Positions 35,301 through 50,429 of a stretch of 64,000 bases of DNA are shown here, piece by piece (position 1 is the first letter of the stretch; each line of letters begins with the position of its first letter). The notes below the pieces were generated by a model. The model worked only from the letters and a program-made list of their open reading frames with translations, made no database searches and had not been told where the DNA came from. Made by a program: the position numbers and the translations under genes. The DNA is from Octopus sinensis. Lineage: Eukaryota. The stretch covers positions 69,192,001-69,256,000 of the forward strand of contig NC_042997.1 in NCBI RefSeq assembly GCF_006345805.1, given 5' to 3'.

Positions 35301-36142
35301 TGCATGCGCAGCCATGGCTTCGCAACCACGTGTTGTGTTTTAGGTTTGTACCACCATGCATCATTTTTGGCAAATGCCCTCTACTATCTCCTAGGGCAGG
35401 AGGAGGTGATGGTGGTGGTGGTGGTGAGGTGCAATCACCGGGCCACCGACCAGTACCGGGCCGTCAATCATTTCAGTGCGGGCCGAACAGAAAGAAGAAA
35501 ATTATATATTCTCTTTGCATTTTATTTGACTATCGCAGTCTGCCGGGTGGTTTATTTTGAAAAATTACCACTTCCGTGTGTGTATGTGTGTGCGTGTGTG
35601 TGTTTCTTTCCCACACTCGTCTAACTACGGTGTGTTTTTGTCTGTTTTTTTTTTTTTGCTTTTTCACGCAACGTTAATTTAAGCCCACAAGCTAACCGTA
35701 ACAATAATGAGAGCTCTCAATTTTCCATGATGCAAAAAACGGTTCGAAGCTACTAGCCTAGAGTCATAGACTGATAAAGAAAGGTGCACCCAGTACATCG
35801 GTCCGGCGTCTGGAGGGTCAGCAATGCCCTTTCCTAAGTAAAGAAAGTCCTCAACCAGGCATTGCAGTTTGAAAAGCATTCTTCTTCGGCGTTACCAAAC
35901 CCCTTATTGTTTGGGGAATTTCATAAACAGCAACGGTTCAGACGCTCGTTTTAAACACACATACAAACACGAACACACACACACACGCAGACAGGCTTCT
36001 TTTCAGTTTCCATCAACCAAATCCACTCACAAGGCTTTGGTCGATCCGAGGCGATAGTAGAAGGCACTTGCACAAGATTCCGCACAATGGGACTGAACCC
36101 GGACCCCTTTGACTAGAAAGTAAATTCTTACGATACAATCAC

Positions 36143-36217
<75 letters not shown>

Positions 36218-36907
36218 TTTTATGTATGTGTGTGTGTGAGCATGTGTGTGTGTATGTTTGTGTGTGTGCGTGCGCGTATGTGTGTGTGTGTATGTATATA
36301 CTTGTAGTATGCTCCTATGTGCACGTGCGCCTGAGACCTCGTATCTGTGATATGTCTTTGTTCGTCCATGTTTACATTAATGCACACTCACAGACAGACA
36401 TGTGCCTTGGCACATGGAAACACAGACTTCACGCACTTGTACCTACAAACGAATAAAGTATGTGTGTATGTCTGTGTGTGCGTTTGCGCGCGTGTGTGAG
36501 TTTGCGCGCGCGTGTGTGAGTGTTTGTGTGTGTGTATGTGTGTGCGTGTGTATGTGTGTGTGTGTGTGTGTGTCTGTGAATGCGTGTGCAAGTATGATGG
36601 TATTAAAGCTTACATAAAAGATAACAAGAAACTAAAATGATTTTCTGTTGTTTACATGCAATCACGTACGTGGTCGCGCGCTCAAACCACATTCACTCGC
36701 ACACATATTCACACATATAGAGCGTGTGCTTCTCTGTGTGTGCAAAATGTTTTTCTTTCTGTTGATGCACGCGCGTTTTTAATATGCTTGTGTACGTGTT
36801 GATGCGTACATATGCGTATATGTACATGCGTGCGTGAGGTGTCTGCAAAAACAGTTACTTGTTTCTCTGATTTCCTAGGTTCATAAGTTTGATATATATG
36901 TGTGTGC

Positions 36908-36955
<48 letters not shown>

Positions 36956-37395
36956 GTGTGGCGAGCATTTACTCATGCATTAGGCATTTCACGTTTAGAA
37001 TATAAGGTTTCTATTGAAAGAAATCGAATTCTCTTTCTCTGTTTGTCTATGTCAGTCGTTGTCTGTCTGCCTGTCTCTCTCTGTCTATATCTTTCTTTCT
37101 CTCTCTCTATCTCATGCGTATGTACTTAGTGAGAAAAGTATACATACATTCATACATACATACATACATACATTCATTCATTCATTCATAGATACATTCA
37201 TTCATATATACATACATACAGACAGACAGTCAGACAGACAGACAGAAAGACCGACGGACATACGTACATATATTAATAGATACCTTGACAGCTAACTAGA
37301 TAGATATATATATATAGAAAAATAACATAAACCTGCTCCGTATACATATGCAGGTGTGTGTGAAAAATAATGTGTATACAGTATATAATATTATT

Positions 37396-37584
37396 TTACT
37401 TGCTTCAGTCATTTGACTGCGGCCATGCTGGAGCGCCGGCCTTAGTTGAGCAAATCGACCCTAGGACTTTTTCTATTGCCGAATCACTAAGTTACGGGGA
37501 CGTAAACACACTAGCATCGGTTGTTAAGAGTGATAAACACACATAAACATACACACACATACACTCACACACACACACACACAT

Positions 37585-37617
<33 letters not shown>

Positions 37618-38112
37618 CATACACACACGACGGGCTTCTTTCAGTTTCCGTCTACCAAATCCACTCACAAGCCTTTGTTCGGCCCTAGGCTGTTGTTGAA
37701 GACACTTGACCAAGGTGTCACGCAGTGGGTCTGGATCCGGAACCATGTGATTGGTTAGGGCAGCGGACTCGCGGTCGTAGGATCGCGGTTTCGATTCCCA
37801 GACCGGGCATTGTGAGTGTTTATTGAGCGAAAACACCTAAAGCTCCATGAGGCTCCGGCAGGGATGGTGGTGATCCCTGCTGTACTCTTCAACACCACAA
37901 CTTTCTCTCACTCTTACTTCCTGTTTCTGTTGTACCTGTATTTCAAGGGCCGCGGCCTTGTCACTCTCTGTGTCACGCTGAATATCCCCGAGAACTACGT
38001 TAAGGGTACACGTGTCTGTGGAGTGCTCAGCCACTTACACATTAATTTCACGAGCAGGCTGTTCCGTTGATCGGATCAACCGGAACCCTCGTCGTCGTAA
38101 CCGACGGTGTGC
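37396..38112. mobile_element. Head-to-head SINE B(-) and SINE C(+) pair
   Basis: The junction at about 37745-37757 joins two truncated tRNA-like heads. Confidence 0.8.
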
Positions 38113-38498
38113 TTCCACACTTACTACACAGCCACTCCTGCGCCTATTATGTATAGCTTTTGCCTTTTATTTGCTTCGGTCATTAGACTGCAGCCATGCT
38201 ACAGTGCCCCACCTCGAGGAATTTTAATTGAACGAATAGATGGCAGTACTTATTTCTTAAAGCCTGCCACTTATTCTAGCATTGTCTTTTGTCGAACCCC
38301 TAAGTTACAGAGTCGTAAGCACACCAACACTTGTTGCGAAGCGGGGATGGGGGATAATTATGGGCATACATATACACACACTCGTCCAAGTTGCCACGAG
38401 GTTAGAATGAACTCGAATCCATGTTAGTGGAAAGCAAATCTCTTACGAAACAGCTGAGTTTGCGACTCCTACCACAAGGCCACAGAAGTGTGCGTGTA

Positions 38499-38569
<71 letters not shown>

Positions 38570-39371
38570 TTATCTGTCTGTCTGTCTGTCTGTCTGTCTG
38601 TTTCTCTCTCTCTCGTTATATATATATATATATATATATAAATATACACACACACACAAATAGGCAAATGTATATTCTTTTCTACTCTAGGCACAAGGCC
38701 CGAAATTTTGGGGAGGGGGCCAGTCGATTAGAACGACCCAGTACGCAACTGGTACTTAATTTATCGACCCCGAAAGGATGAAAGGCAAAGTCGACCTCGG
38801 CGGAATTTGAACTCAGAACGTAGCAGCAGACGAAATGCCGTTAAGCATTTCGCCCGGTATGCTAACGTTTCTGCCAGATATTAAAACATCAAACATGATC
38901 AGTTTCTTCGCTTGTTATTGCAGTAGTTTCAACTGAGTTACTGAGTTGCTTACTGGTTAAGTTTTCCGCAAACATCGGAAACGTTCACCCATTTTTGAAG
39001 TAGAGTTAGCCCGACTCTATGCGTGAACGTAGTAACTTCACATTACGGCTATAGACTGTCAACACCCTTCGCAGCATGCATGAAAATATCTGACGCAAAC
39101 GTGAAACATTTTGCCCGGAGATACTACGGAGTGAAATCGAAACCAGACGCGCATGAATGCATGAACTCACAGTTATGAATGTATATGTATGTGCGCATGT
39201 ATTGTATGCTTGTATATGTGTATTTACATCCAGCCATTTAGAGAGCAGATGTATAAACATCCAGAAATAAATACTCGGTATATATTATAAGGATATAAAT
39301 AATATATACTTATATGCATGTATACATACACATATTTACATACCTACATATATATGTATATACATGCATAT

Positions 39372-39975
39372 ATGGGTACAGGACATCAAACAAAAAAAAA
39401 AAAAAACATAGAAACGAACTTTTTTCGAACAACGAAAAATAACAGAGAAACGAGACATACAACATAAAGAATATTCCCCTTCTTCAGTTGTCCCTGTTTC
39501 ATCTACTCGACGTTTCGAAGGCAAGCACAAGACGCGACTTCATTGAAACAGTCCTTCCCCCAAAGCAAATTAAATAAAAACAAGAACAGGACAGTGAGAA
39601 CACAACTAAAAAGAACAGGACAGTGAGAACAAAACAGTAAAAACATACGGTGAGGGCTGTTAAGCCGAGACGATGGAAAAAATTTTTTGAACGCTAGGAA
39701 GACGAGCTTATGAAGGAGACAGTATAAGCACGTTTTTTCTTTAAAAGGTTGTGGGTAGAAAGACAGATTATCTTTTGTCACGTGGCAGCGACGAGAGAGT
39801 CGAGGAGAAGGAGTGAGAGAGAGGGAACGGTGAAGAGGTGAGGAGAAGAATAGGGAAGAGTGGGAGAGAAAACCAGAAAGGATGAAGAACAAGAGAGGGA
39901 GAGAGATAGACAGAGAAGAGATAGTAAAGGTAGAAGAGTGCGCATCGTAATTATTAAGATAAAAACTTACTTGGA
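39372..39975. mobile_element. (AT)n-embedded interspersed repeat beginning ATGGGTACAGGAC; possibly PLE-associated
   Basis: The same terminus recurs at about 40330-40385 (and its mirror at about 40205-40260) and at about 52135-52205, always abutting AT repeats. Confidence 0.5.
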
Positions 39976-40065
39976 AAAACATGCGTGGCGTTCGATCATA
40001 TAATAATATAAATAATATATAATTATATGCATATATACATACACATATGTACATACCTACATATA

Positions 40066-40100
<35 letters not shown>

Positions 40101-40103
<3 letters not shown>

Positions 40104-40257
40104 TCAGAGAAAATGACAAGCATAAATTCACGCACAGTCACACACACACACACACACACATACTTACACGCGCGCACACAAACATACACACGACAAATAT
40201 ATATATATTCGTTTCTCATTGTGTTCAACGTTTTTTTTTACGTCCTGTACCCATAAA

Positions 40258-40296
<39 letters not shown>

Positions 40297-40488
40297 TATA
40301 TATATATACATAATATACACATATATATGCATTTATGGGTACAGGAACGTAAAAAAAAACGCTGAACACAATGAGAAACGAATATATATATATGTGCGTG
40401 TGTATGTTTGTGTGCGCGCGTGTAAGTATGTGTGTGTGTGTGTGTGTGTGACTGTGCGTGAATTTATGCTTGTCATTTTCTCTGATAA
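40101..40488. repeat. ~390-bp near-perfect palindrome centred on (AT)n
   Basis: Arms 40101-40260 and 40329-40488 are reverse complements with only a few differences. Confidence 0.93.
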
Positions 40489-43400
40489 ATTAAGTGGAAA
40501 CATGAATATCTCTCGGTAGGCACATATATTTTCACAGTTGAAAATGAAGTAAACGCAGTGATTACTTTCCGTTTTGATGTGCGAGACGCTATTATGAGAT
40601 CGTATAATACCGACAGCCTCTGAAAAAATTGTAACAGCTTGTCTGCTAAACATAGTCATTTCAAATCTCATGAGACTTCCTACGTGAGTCACATTAAAAC
40701 TTCTTGAAAATATTTCACTTGTTGGATCTTTTCAGCTTGATACAAGAGATCCGAATGTTTTCAAAAGGTTGTTACAGAAATAGACCTTAACGAGAAATAG
40801 CTCTTAATGGAAAATATAACAGCCAAAGTGGATTATTACCTCGCCCCAAAGAAACATCGACAGACACAGAAAAATAAATCGGAAAATTAGACATTCTTAA
40901 GTTTAAGGTGAAAAATACATTTACTAACCACCAACTGCAACTCTTTTTTAGATTATCTAATGTTTAGGGAAGTTGTACCAAGAAAGACACTAGCAGGCAA
41001 GTTAATTGCGCTTAAACATAAGGTGTAAGCGGTAAGTCAAAAACTTCGTAAACGAAAAAAACTATTAAAATGTAAGGCTCTCAATTGCAAGTTTGCACTA
41101 AATCTGAAAACGCTATATCAGAACATGATATAGTCGTAAAATATACTCTCAGGATGGTCTTCAGTTATTTTGTTGAGGAATCGGGAATGTAATCAGACAA
41201 CACAACTTTGATGCATTGTGGCTGGATGATTTACGGAGTGTGTACTGTTGAAATGTCTCTCACAAATCTAATAATATCATGAATGAAACTTTTCGACAGT
41301 TTTGTGACGGTTGAAATAAAATTCCCGAACTGGCTAAAAAAAAAAAAAAAAAAACAGAAAAAAAAAAACAATGAGCGCTAAGCATAATATGCTAGCTTGG
41401 CTAATAGTCGCATGTAAAAACACTTGTAGTTAAAAGCCAAGAGACGCATGTTGCTATAGTCAATACTATAACAACATGGTCCACAGAACTAGGAACAAGA
41501 ACTGAAATTAACAATATAGTTACTATAAGAATTGGGCCCTCAGTAGGAATATCGCTTCATAAAAACACATGAACCAAGACCACATTTTAAAATTAGCCCT
41601 ATTTTCCCAGGTATTAACAGAATATCCTGGATTTTGTCTAATATTCTCATGCTACTAATTCAAACCTTCCCAGGACATGTCAAAAGATCTATTGAAGTCA
41701 TCAACTAACTGAAAGAGCTCAAGCTTTCCAAACTTAGAAAAAATAACAACCTCCTTTAACTTGGCTTAGCTTAGATGTTGTGCTTTCGTCAGATATGTGA
41801 ATGGCATCTTCATATTAACATCATCTCGCGAAGAGACAGTTAAAATATAAAATATATTCAACAATATCGATGAATACACAAAATTTGAAGAGATACATCA
41901 CAATGACCCCGCTTCCTTTGAATTCAAAATTACCGACTGATTTTTCTCCACTAATTTCTACAGAAATGTGGCATGCAGGAGTCTATGTGTACATTTTAAT
42001 TCATCCCTGCCCATCAGAGTTAGGCTGTCCTGCGTTAGAAATGAGATTCATAAGATATGCAGTAAATGTAGCGATGCAGGAAGTAAAAATACCAACACCA
42101 TGCAATTAAGAAAAAGTTCTGATAGAGAATAGCTATTTACATTCTTTGACTAAACGCTAGGACATCACAAAACCAACATAAACAACGATAAATAATTTAT
42201 GAAATATATTAACGATAAAACATCTATAATTCACTAGGAACGGAGCGTCAGTCCTCCGCACGGTTATCCAACAGAGTGGAGTGACTCAAAATGATGAGTT
42301 TTACTCAAGAAAACAAGGCACCGTCTGTCTAAGATTCGAAGCTACGGTCCTGTGATCGGAAGTGCAACACCCTAACAACTAGGCCACGCGCCAACACACA
42401 TTCGCACACACTCACATATACCTACACACACATACACAGACACTTACACTCATAAACGAACGTACATACACGCTCGCGCACAAAATCACAAAAATACACT
42501 TATTCGCATATACCTATTTAAGATTTCGCACTACGATCGTTTCGGTTTTCACTGGGTATTATGACGCCCTACTTAGGCTAAATATTCTTATATTATTGCT
42601 AGTAATATCATCTTTCAATCTTACCAAAATTATTATTACCAAACCATGAAAGTAATCAATGTCCTCCCCCTCTGCCCCTCCTACTCCTCCCCATCGTCAT
42701 CGACTAAGTAATTATTTATTAAAAGCTTTAACTTCAAAGTTTTCTAATCTTATTTTCATGTCCCCTGATATTCGAACGCTATTTTAGGGATGAAACAGGA
42801 AAGCTTTAATAAGAAAATTCAGATAATGATAAAGAAAAACAAAAGGATTGAATTTCATTGGATGCACGTGGAAATATAATGTGAAATAAAAATATTTAAT
42901 GAGCATTCAGAATTTTCCCCCAATCTACAAATATTTTTGCAAACATATCAAAAATTTTCAGTTAATTTTGAATAACGACTATCTGTACAAATAATATAAA
43001 GTCTAAAATCCCATTGCTGTTGTGCAAATGTTTTCCAGCCATCATTCAATTGTACCTCACCAGAGTTTACTAAAAATCTGGCATGTCAGCCTCAAAAATG
43101 TAGGTAATTAGAATAATTTAAACAATTGCAAAGCGCATTCGGTGCAATAAAAAATTTCGTTTTAGTGTTCATTTTTTGTGTTCTTTATTTTTATCTCTCT
43201 CTTTACTTTTGGCATTGCAGACTATTTTATAATCTATGGTATCTTATGTCAATAGAGAGAGTTCTTAACCATTCTGGAGTTAACGATATTTTTCCTACTA
43301 TACATTCGAGTAGTAGCTTTCTCATTGTTTCACCTTGATACTTTCTTTTATATTGACATATTTTGTCTAATAGTTCTGCAATTAATAGGATTGAATTATA

Positions 43401-44315
43401 TGGTTATTTATTTGATTTTTACTCATCTGTATCTTAGCTGCTTTTAATACATTTGTTTTGTACATGCAATACATATATTACCGAATATGGCGGCAAGCTG
43501 GCAGAATCATTAACTCACCGGAGAAAACACTTCGCGACAATTCGCCCATCTTTAAGTTCTGAGTTCAAATTCAGCCCATGTCGACTTTGCCATTCATCCT
43601 TTTAGGGTCGATAAAATAAGTACCAGTTGAGCACTGGAGTCGATGAACTTGATGGCTTTGTGCCAAGATTTGAAAGCAATGGTTGCTACTGAATAAGATT
43701 ATATGTCTTTTACATCGTTTATACGGATTTCCATTTTAAGTAATTATTGACAACAACGACGAGTTCTTTATCTTTAACAAGGCAGAGAACTCATTGTTTA
43801 TTGACAATACTTTTGTAATTTTGTAGTATCTATATGAAATTTGATATTTTCTATCAGTTAAATATATAAGACGATTACGACGTGTGTAGTTAAGATATTC
43901 ACATACAATTTAAGTGATATGAGTTCCATACAATTTAAGTGATATGAGTTCCATCAGTTTGCAAACGATAACCCCGGATTTACTAATGCAATGTTGAGGA
44001 ACTGTGGTTCATGGCAGGAAAGCAACTCTGTCGGCTCTGCACTAATGTGTGTGTGCATGTGTGTATTTGCGTACGTGTTAATGTATGAGTATAAGTGTTT
44101 GCGTGCGCGTATGGGTGTGTAAGTATACATACATGGTGAAAGAATAAAATCCCAAAGAAAAAAGACGGAATAATTTCACGATTAAAATTATTAGCATGAC
44201 TCATTGAAATTGAAAGAGTTAATTTCAGGCAAGGCAATGAAAACCGAAAGAAACGTTAAAACTAGCAATCACAACGAAAATAGCCTCCCCATATATATAT
44301 ATATATATATATATA

Positions 44316-44357
<42 letters not shown>

Positions 44358-44564
44358 TATATATAATATAGTGTGTGTGTGTGTGTGTATGTATGTATTT
44401 ATATATGCATACATATATACATATACGCATGTATATTTACACCTATATAAACATATGCATACTACATAAACATACATATGCACATATGTGTGTGTGTGTG
44501 TGTCCATGATTTATAGAAACATATATATTCTTCAGTTCTATATTTAAGAGATGAGGAATTATAC

Positions 44565-44650
44565 ATCATTTACATTATTTACATTTGTTTGTTGTTAACA
44601 CAATGCGTTTGTCTAGCGGTTAAGTTTCCGAGTTCGATTCCAGGCAGTGA

Positions 44651-44694
<44 letters not shown>

Positions 44695-44752
44695 TAATAA
44701 TAATAATAATAACACCAACAACCACAACAACAACAACAACAATAACAATAAC

Positions 44753-44797
<45 letters not shown>

Positions 44798-44958
44798 TAA
44801 TAAATAATAATAATAATAATAACATCGAAAAATTCCTTAGGAATGAGAACCCAGGTTCGAAATTTCTCCAAGACACCTGATGAAGGCTGAAGGGTATATC
44901 AGCCGAAACGTTGTGTTAACAACAAAGAAGACGAGGACAAATATCCGTCAAATGTAAT
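44565..44958 (+). mobile_element. Composite repeat: tRNA-like head, (AAT)n, and an HHR-bearing terminal repeat, with a short inverted copy of its 3' end at the left boundary
   Basis: GAGTTCGATTCC B-box at about 44630. TTACATTTG..TTTGTTGTTAACACAA (about 44578-44602) mirrors TTGTGTTAACAACAAA..CAAATGTAA (44911-44958). Confidence 0.6.
44872..44917 (+). ncRNA. Minimal type-I hammerhead motif (PLE-type)
   Basis: GACAC-CUGAUGA-A-GGCUGA(AGGGUAUA)UCAGCC-GAAA-CG-UU|GUGUU, with a palindromic AACGUU in place of stem III. Confidence 0.72.
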
Positions 44959-46334
44959 TATTATAAATAATGTAGATATATTCTTATTCATATTATACAT
45001 ATATCTACATATTTATATCTGCATGTGCATATTGTGTGTGTTAATATTATATATATATAATATGTATACACACAAATATATGTATGTAATATACGCACGT
45101 ATGCATGTATGCGTGTATCGATCTATCTATCTATCTATCTATCTATCTATAATATATATATATATATAATATAATATATATATATATATATACATATATA
45201 TATAATATACACACACACACACAGAAACATACATACAGGTACACATGCATGCATGCACAAATATATATATCTGTGTATAGATATATAAAATATATAATTT
45301 ATATGCAAGTACGCACACATTTAATCAATGTGTATGCATACAAACAATCAGTAACTGCTGCTTCAGTTACGATAATATCAGTATCAACATTGGTGGTAAT
45401 AGCGTCAGAAGCAGCAGCACCAGTATTAGTGGTAGCAGTAGTAGCAGCAGCAGGATAAACAAGTGGGTAACTGTCTTGAGAAGTTCAGTAGCCTTGCTGA
45501 CGAACTATGTTGGAATTATGCCAGACAGCTCTTTACTAATTTCACATAGAAAAGCTGTAACAGATAAGGTTACTGGCCATTGAACAAAGTTGGTTGTTGG
45601 ACCCAGATGCGTTTGTCTAGACTCGAATGATTACCACATGTACATCAATCACTCTAAGTTTTAGAAGGAGAGAAAAAAAAAACATCAGTTTTCAATCACA
45701 AGTAGATGTGAGGAGGAAATATCCGAATTTAAATTTAAATGATACTATATTAGCTTTTCTTTTATTAATGATAAGAGGCACAATAAGACAGTATGTAGTA
45801 TTTATTTACAATATCTAATGCGCAGAAAATAACTCCAGTAAATCATATTTTTTGGTTCTCAAGCTTTTTTTTCTAAATACTAGCATCGCATTAACACAAT
45901 CATAATTCTTCGTTCAGAGACGAACAAAAGCTCAATGTCCTTATCAAGATCAAAGTAAATGACTGATTACACAAATAATGACAGTGTAATACTTAGAATC
46001 ACAAAGTTATATACTCCTGATATACAGTAGTACATAGCTTTCTAAACAGTTGGTGAAATCCAAGTGTGTGTGTGATATAATTGAAACTAAAGTTTAGATG
46101 TAACTTTAAAATTTAGCATTCAAACCTTATTTTGGGTATGTCTCTAGTAGTGTGTCGGGCTGCCAGGCGTGATCCGGAGTAAATACAGTTTCGTCGCTGG
46201 ATCCTTAGGAATTCCTCAGTGCACGATGACTATATTTTAAATTATTGATACGGAAGACCCCAAGTGTACTGGAAACTTTATCACAACGATCGTTTTGGTA
46301 TACTTCTGCACTGCTCCGTAGTGGGGGGGGGGTA

Positions 46335-46385
<51 letters not shown>

Positions 46386-49010
46386 GCATATGAAATACAT
46401 GTTTGAGTATGCGTGTGTATATATCTATACACGCACATATTTATGCACATGTGTAATATTACATATTTACAAAAATCTGACTTTTAGATTGCTCCGTGGG
46501 AAATTTTTCCAGCAAATTAGCTATGCCGCTATCGGTCACATTCAGTTAACAAATTGTGCATTTTACTTTTTGATATGTAGACACAAGAACTATCTGCAAA
46601 AAAATATATAATAAAGCTAAATGTCAAATTACACCCTATGATTTCAATATGGCATTGAGAGTAAATTTGTAAGTATCTCCTTAAGGTCGTAAACCCAATC
46701 CATTTACTGGGAGCTAATCTCCCATCTCTTGCTTGTTACGAAAGTGTGCAACCATATAAATTTGCACTGATTTTGTAGTTCCCATATACCTTTGCTGAAA
46801 CAGGATGGAAACAGTTGTGCATTATTATTTCCGTCTTAAAATGTGTTCTAACCAATGGTGGGGCATTTTTACTTGTGTACAAGCCACTAAATAGGCTTTT
46901 AGTGGCTACTGGATCTGCTAGACAGCGCAGCGAAAAAGGGTAACCAAAAAGGGCAACCAAATTTTCCTCAGATTATATACTCTTATGTTTTAAGATTGGG
47001 TACGTTAGATAATGTTGGAGAAGCATCTTTTACCTGGGTTTTTCTCAGTCAATGCTAATCTAGGAGTAAACAAAACAGAACAAAAAAAGTTCTCTGAGTA
47101 CATTCCTCATGCAATTAGGTTTCTAGTCTGTTGCCTGACTGCTACATAAAGTACTCAAATGTCTTTCAAATTACGTCCGGTTATTTGGAAAGAAAAGTTT
47201 CAGCAGATAATTCATTCCGTCCAATATGCTTTTAAAATATGGAAGATAGTCATGGCTGTAATGCCTCTTTCATATGTCAGCTCAATCAAGAATGACTTGG
47301 GAACAAACAATAATACCTTGTGTCTACACGAACGCTTTACCCAATAGAAACAGCTCTCAAATCTCACTCTTATCCTATCCTGCCGTTTTCAAAGAAAAAA
47401 AAAAAGAATAACGTTGATTTCAGATACACAATGTCGGAATGATTTTGGTAAAAAATCTGATTAGATTACACAGCAACAATAAATTTACTACTCTCCAGCG
47501 TCTCAAGGATTACCAGTAGAGTCTTGGTCCCCTATGTAACGAACCATTGTCGTTCCTCAGTTGAGAAATTCATGATCATAAAAGGTACATCATATAAACC
47601 CTCAAAACACGAGAGCAGCAACTCAGAGACTACGGACAGTCTAAAACCACAAAACATACACTCAGGACATAGTGAGGTTTCAACATTTTTATTCAACCCT
47701 AGCAAAAATCTCACTCCCTTTTCATGTAATCTGATGTAGCACCCAACTCCTAGCTTCATGAAAATTTAGCTACACTAACTCGCATTTCGAGATTCCCATG
47801 GTGTTTCGTATTAATTGGACATGATTTACACACACACACACACACATACACATACACCAAACGCAAAACATATATATATATAAATATATATACATATGCA
47901 CATGCACAAACATGTGAGTGTGTATCTGCATGTGCATGTATATCTACTATTGTGTCTATCTATCTATCTATTTGATAGACAGAAACTGAAAGAAGCCCGT
48001 CAGATATATATATGTGTGTGTGTGAGTGTGTGTATGTGAGTGTGTGCGCGCGCGAACGCACACGTATGTTGTGTGTGTGTGTGCGTCTTTGAGCTTGTGC
48101 TTGTTTGCCACCACCGCTTTGCAACCAGTTTTGGTTTGTTTACGTCCCCATGGTATTAGCGGTTGGGCAAATAGAGAAAAACAATAGAACGTTTGCCCGC
48201 TGGTTCTGAACCATCTTTTACCTATTGACCCCTTTGATTCCTATTTTATTCTACTTGATCTCCATAGCCATTCAATGTGTATATATATATAATAAAATAT
48301 TCTACTGTATAGGCAATCAAATGCTATTAGGAATTGTGTATAATAAAAAGAATTGAAAATATTTTGTGTATTGTAGAAAGAAGTATAAGCAATTATTGCG
48401 CCAATTTTAACACGAAAATCTCATATCGCCCCCGAAGGGCCATAGGGAGCCCCCCGCCTTTATTTGTAATATTTGTGATTGTTAATTTTTAATCCCTGTA
48501 GGTCTTTGGTTTCAGTCCTTAACCAAGAAATTAGAGAAGTTTATTTCATTTTTCTGTGATGCATGGAAAACAATTGATACCCGTAACAGACGATGATGCA
48601 ACAGATGAACCAATATAGAATAAACGCATACAAACATAAACACATAACAATAATAATAAATAATAATTGTACGCCAATCACTATATTAAAAAAAAATCAA
48701 TATTTCGCTGTTTACCAATATCATCAGTTCCTAGCCAGCCAGTCAGTCAAAGTCGCTCTCACTTTAAAAGCCAGACAGAAATTATTACATCTATTGCATA
48801 ATCATCAATTTTTGTCTCGGGTATGTCGAACTGATGTCGCTAAAGATACAAAATAAAATACCGCTCAATTTCTCTAGCTCGTTAACGCTAACTGGCTTCT
48901 TCTTACTCTATCTGATTTACTCCGCAGTATTATGAGTAGTTCTCTTTTCCTTGTCTTCTTTCTCTCATATCCTCATTTTCTTATTTGTCTGTTCTCTGTC
49001 TTTATCGGTC

Positions 49011-49051
<41 letters not shown>

Positions 49052-49276
49052 TTCTCTCTCTTTCCTTCTTTTTCTTTTTCGCTCTTTCCTTCTCTCTCAC
49101 TCATTTTGATTGCTTGTGTTAACTATCGCTGTCGCTTTCATCAAGCAAATTTCTCCATCTGTTTATTTCAAGGCTGTGACGTTCTCACTCTCTATAACAT
49201 AAAATTCTCACTCTCTCTCTCTTTAATATTCTTTATACGCAGCTACTCAGTTATACATGTGGGAGTGTGTATCAGC

Positions 49277-49351
<75 letters not shown>

Positions 49352-49408
49352 GGTGTGTGTGTGTGTGTAAGCATACTTACTACAGACATACAAACATACA
49401 TATATATG

Positions 49409-49453
<45 letters not shown>

Positions 49454-49888
49454 ATAATAGAAAGATAGCTAGACAGACAGACATATAGATAGATAGACTA
49501 GCAGATAGATAGATAGATAGATAGATAGTGCTGTGAACCCATGTGCATAAACGTATATATGTGTGTATGTGTGTGTGTATGTATGTATGTATGTATGTAG
49601 TATGTATGTTTGTATGTATGTATGTATGTATGTTTATCTTTGGGTTTAAACCTAGTAGTTTGCATTACAAAGTCTGTCCACGACTATCGGCAATCAAATA
49701 CTATTATATAACGAAAATAAATCGCTTTAATGATGATATATCAAAGAGATTGAAGTGCGCAACTCGTTTTATTAATGTTTCACCGACTCTTTATCAGAAT
49801 ATGATATATATATATATATATGCGTACGTGTGTGTATGTAAATATATATACATGTATGTGTGTGTGAGTGTGTATGTATTTATGTATT

Positions 49889-49939
<51 letters not shown>

Positions 49940-50386
49940 GTGTGTGTGTGTGTGTGCGTGTGTGTGTATGTGTATGTGTGTGTGTGTGTGGAGGAGCAAT
50001 GGCCTCAGTGGTTATGGCAGCGGACTCGCGGGTAGTAGGATCGCGGTTTCGATTCCAAACCGGGCGTTGTGAGTGTTTATTGAGCGAAAACACCTAAAAG
50101 CTCCACGAGGCTCCGGCAGAGGGCGGCGATCCCTGCTGTAACTCTTTCACCACTCTTCTCTCACTCTTTCCTTCTGTTGCCTGCTCGCTAGCCAGCGGGG
50201 TGCGTCATTCGAAGGCTAAACAATGCGAGCGCATTGTGACCAGCGATGTATAGCAACATCTGATGGTCTGGTCGGTTACGTGATCACGTGATATATATAT
50301 AATAGAGAGGAGAAGAGAAAGAGAGAGAGAGATAAATATGTATATATATATATATGTATATATAATATTATATATATATAATAATA

Positions 50387-50429
<43 letters not shown>

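Noticed and set aside
39480-39555. Minus-strand HHR-like fragment (..CAAUGAAG...CUUCGAAACGUC.., flanked by CUGUUUCA/UGAAACAG)
   Set aside because: No CUGANGA or compensated equivalent in register, and the nearby CUGAAGA cannot form stem I. It would need an assumed ~10-nt deletion.
46175-46230. Minus-strand CUGAGGA...GCGACGAAACUGUA
   Set aside because: Stem II does not close next to GAAA and stem I does not pair.
46700-47050. Possible integrase-like text (GKFGCP/ALFGYP) on the minus strand
   Set aside because: No DDE or other LTR-element motifs could be followed in any frame.
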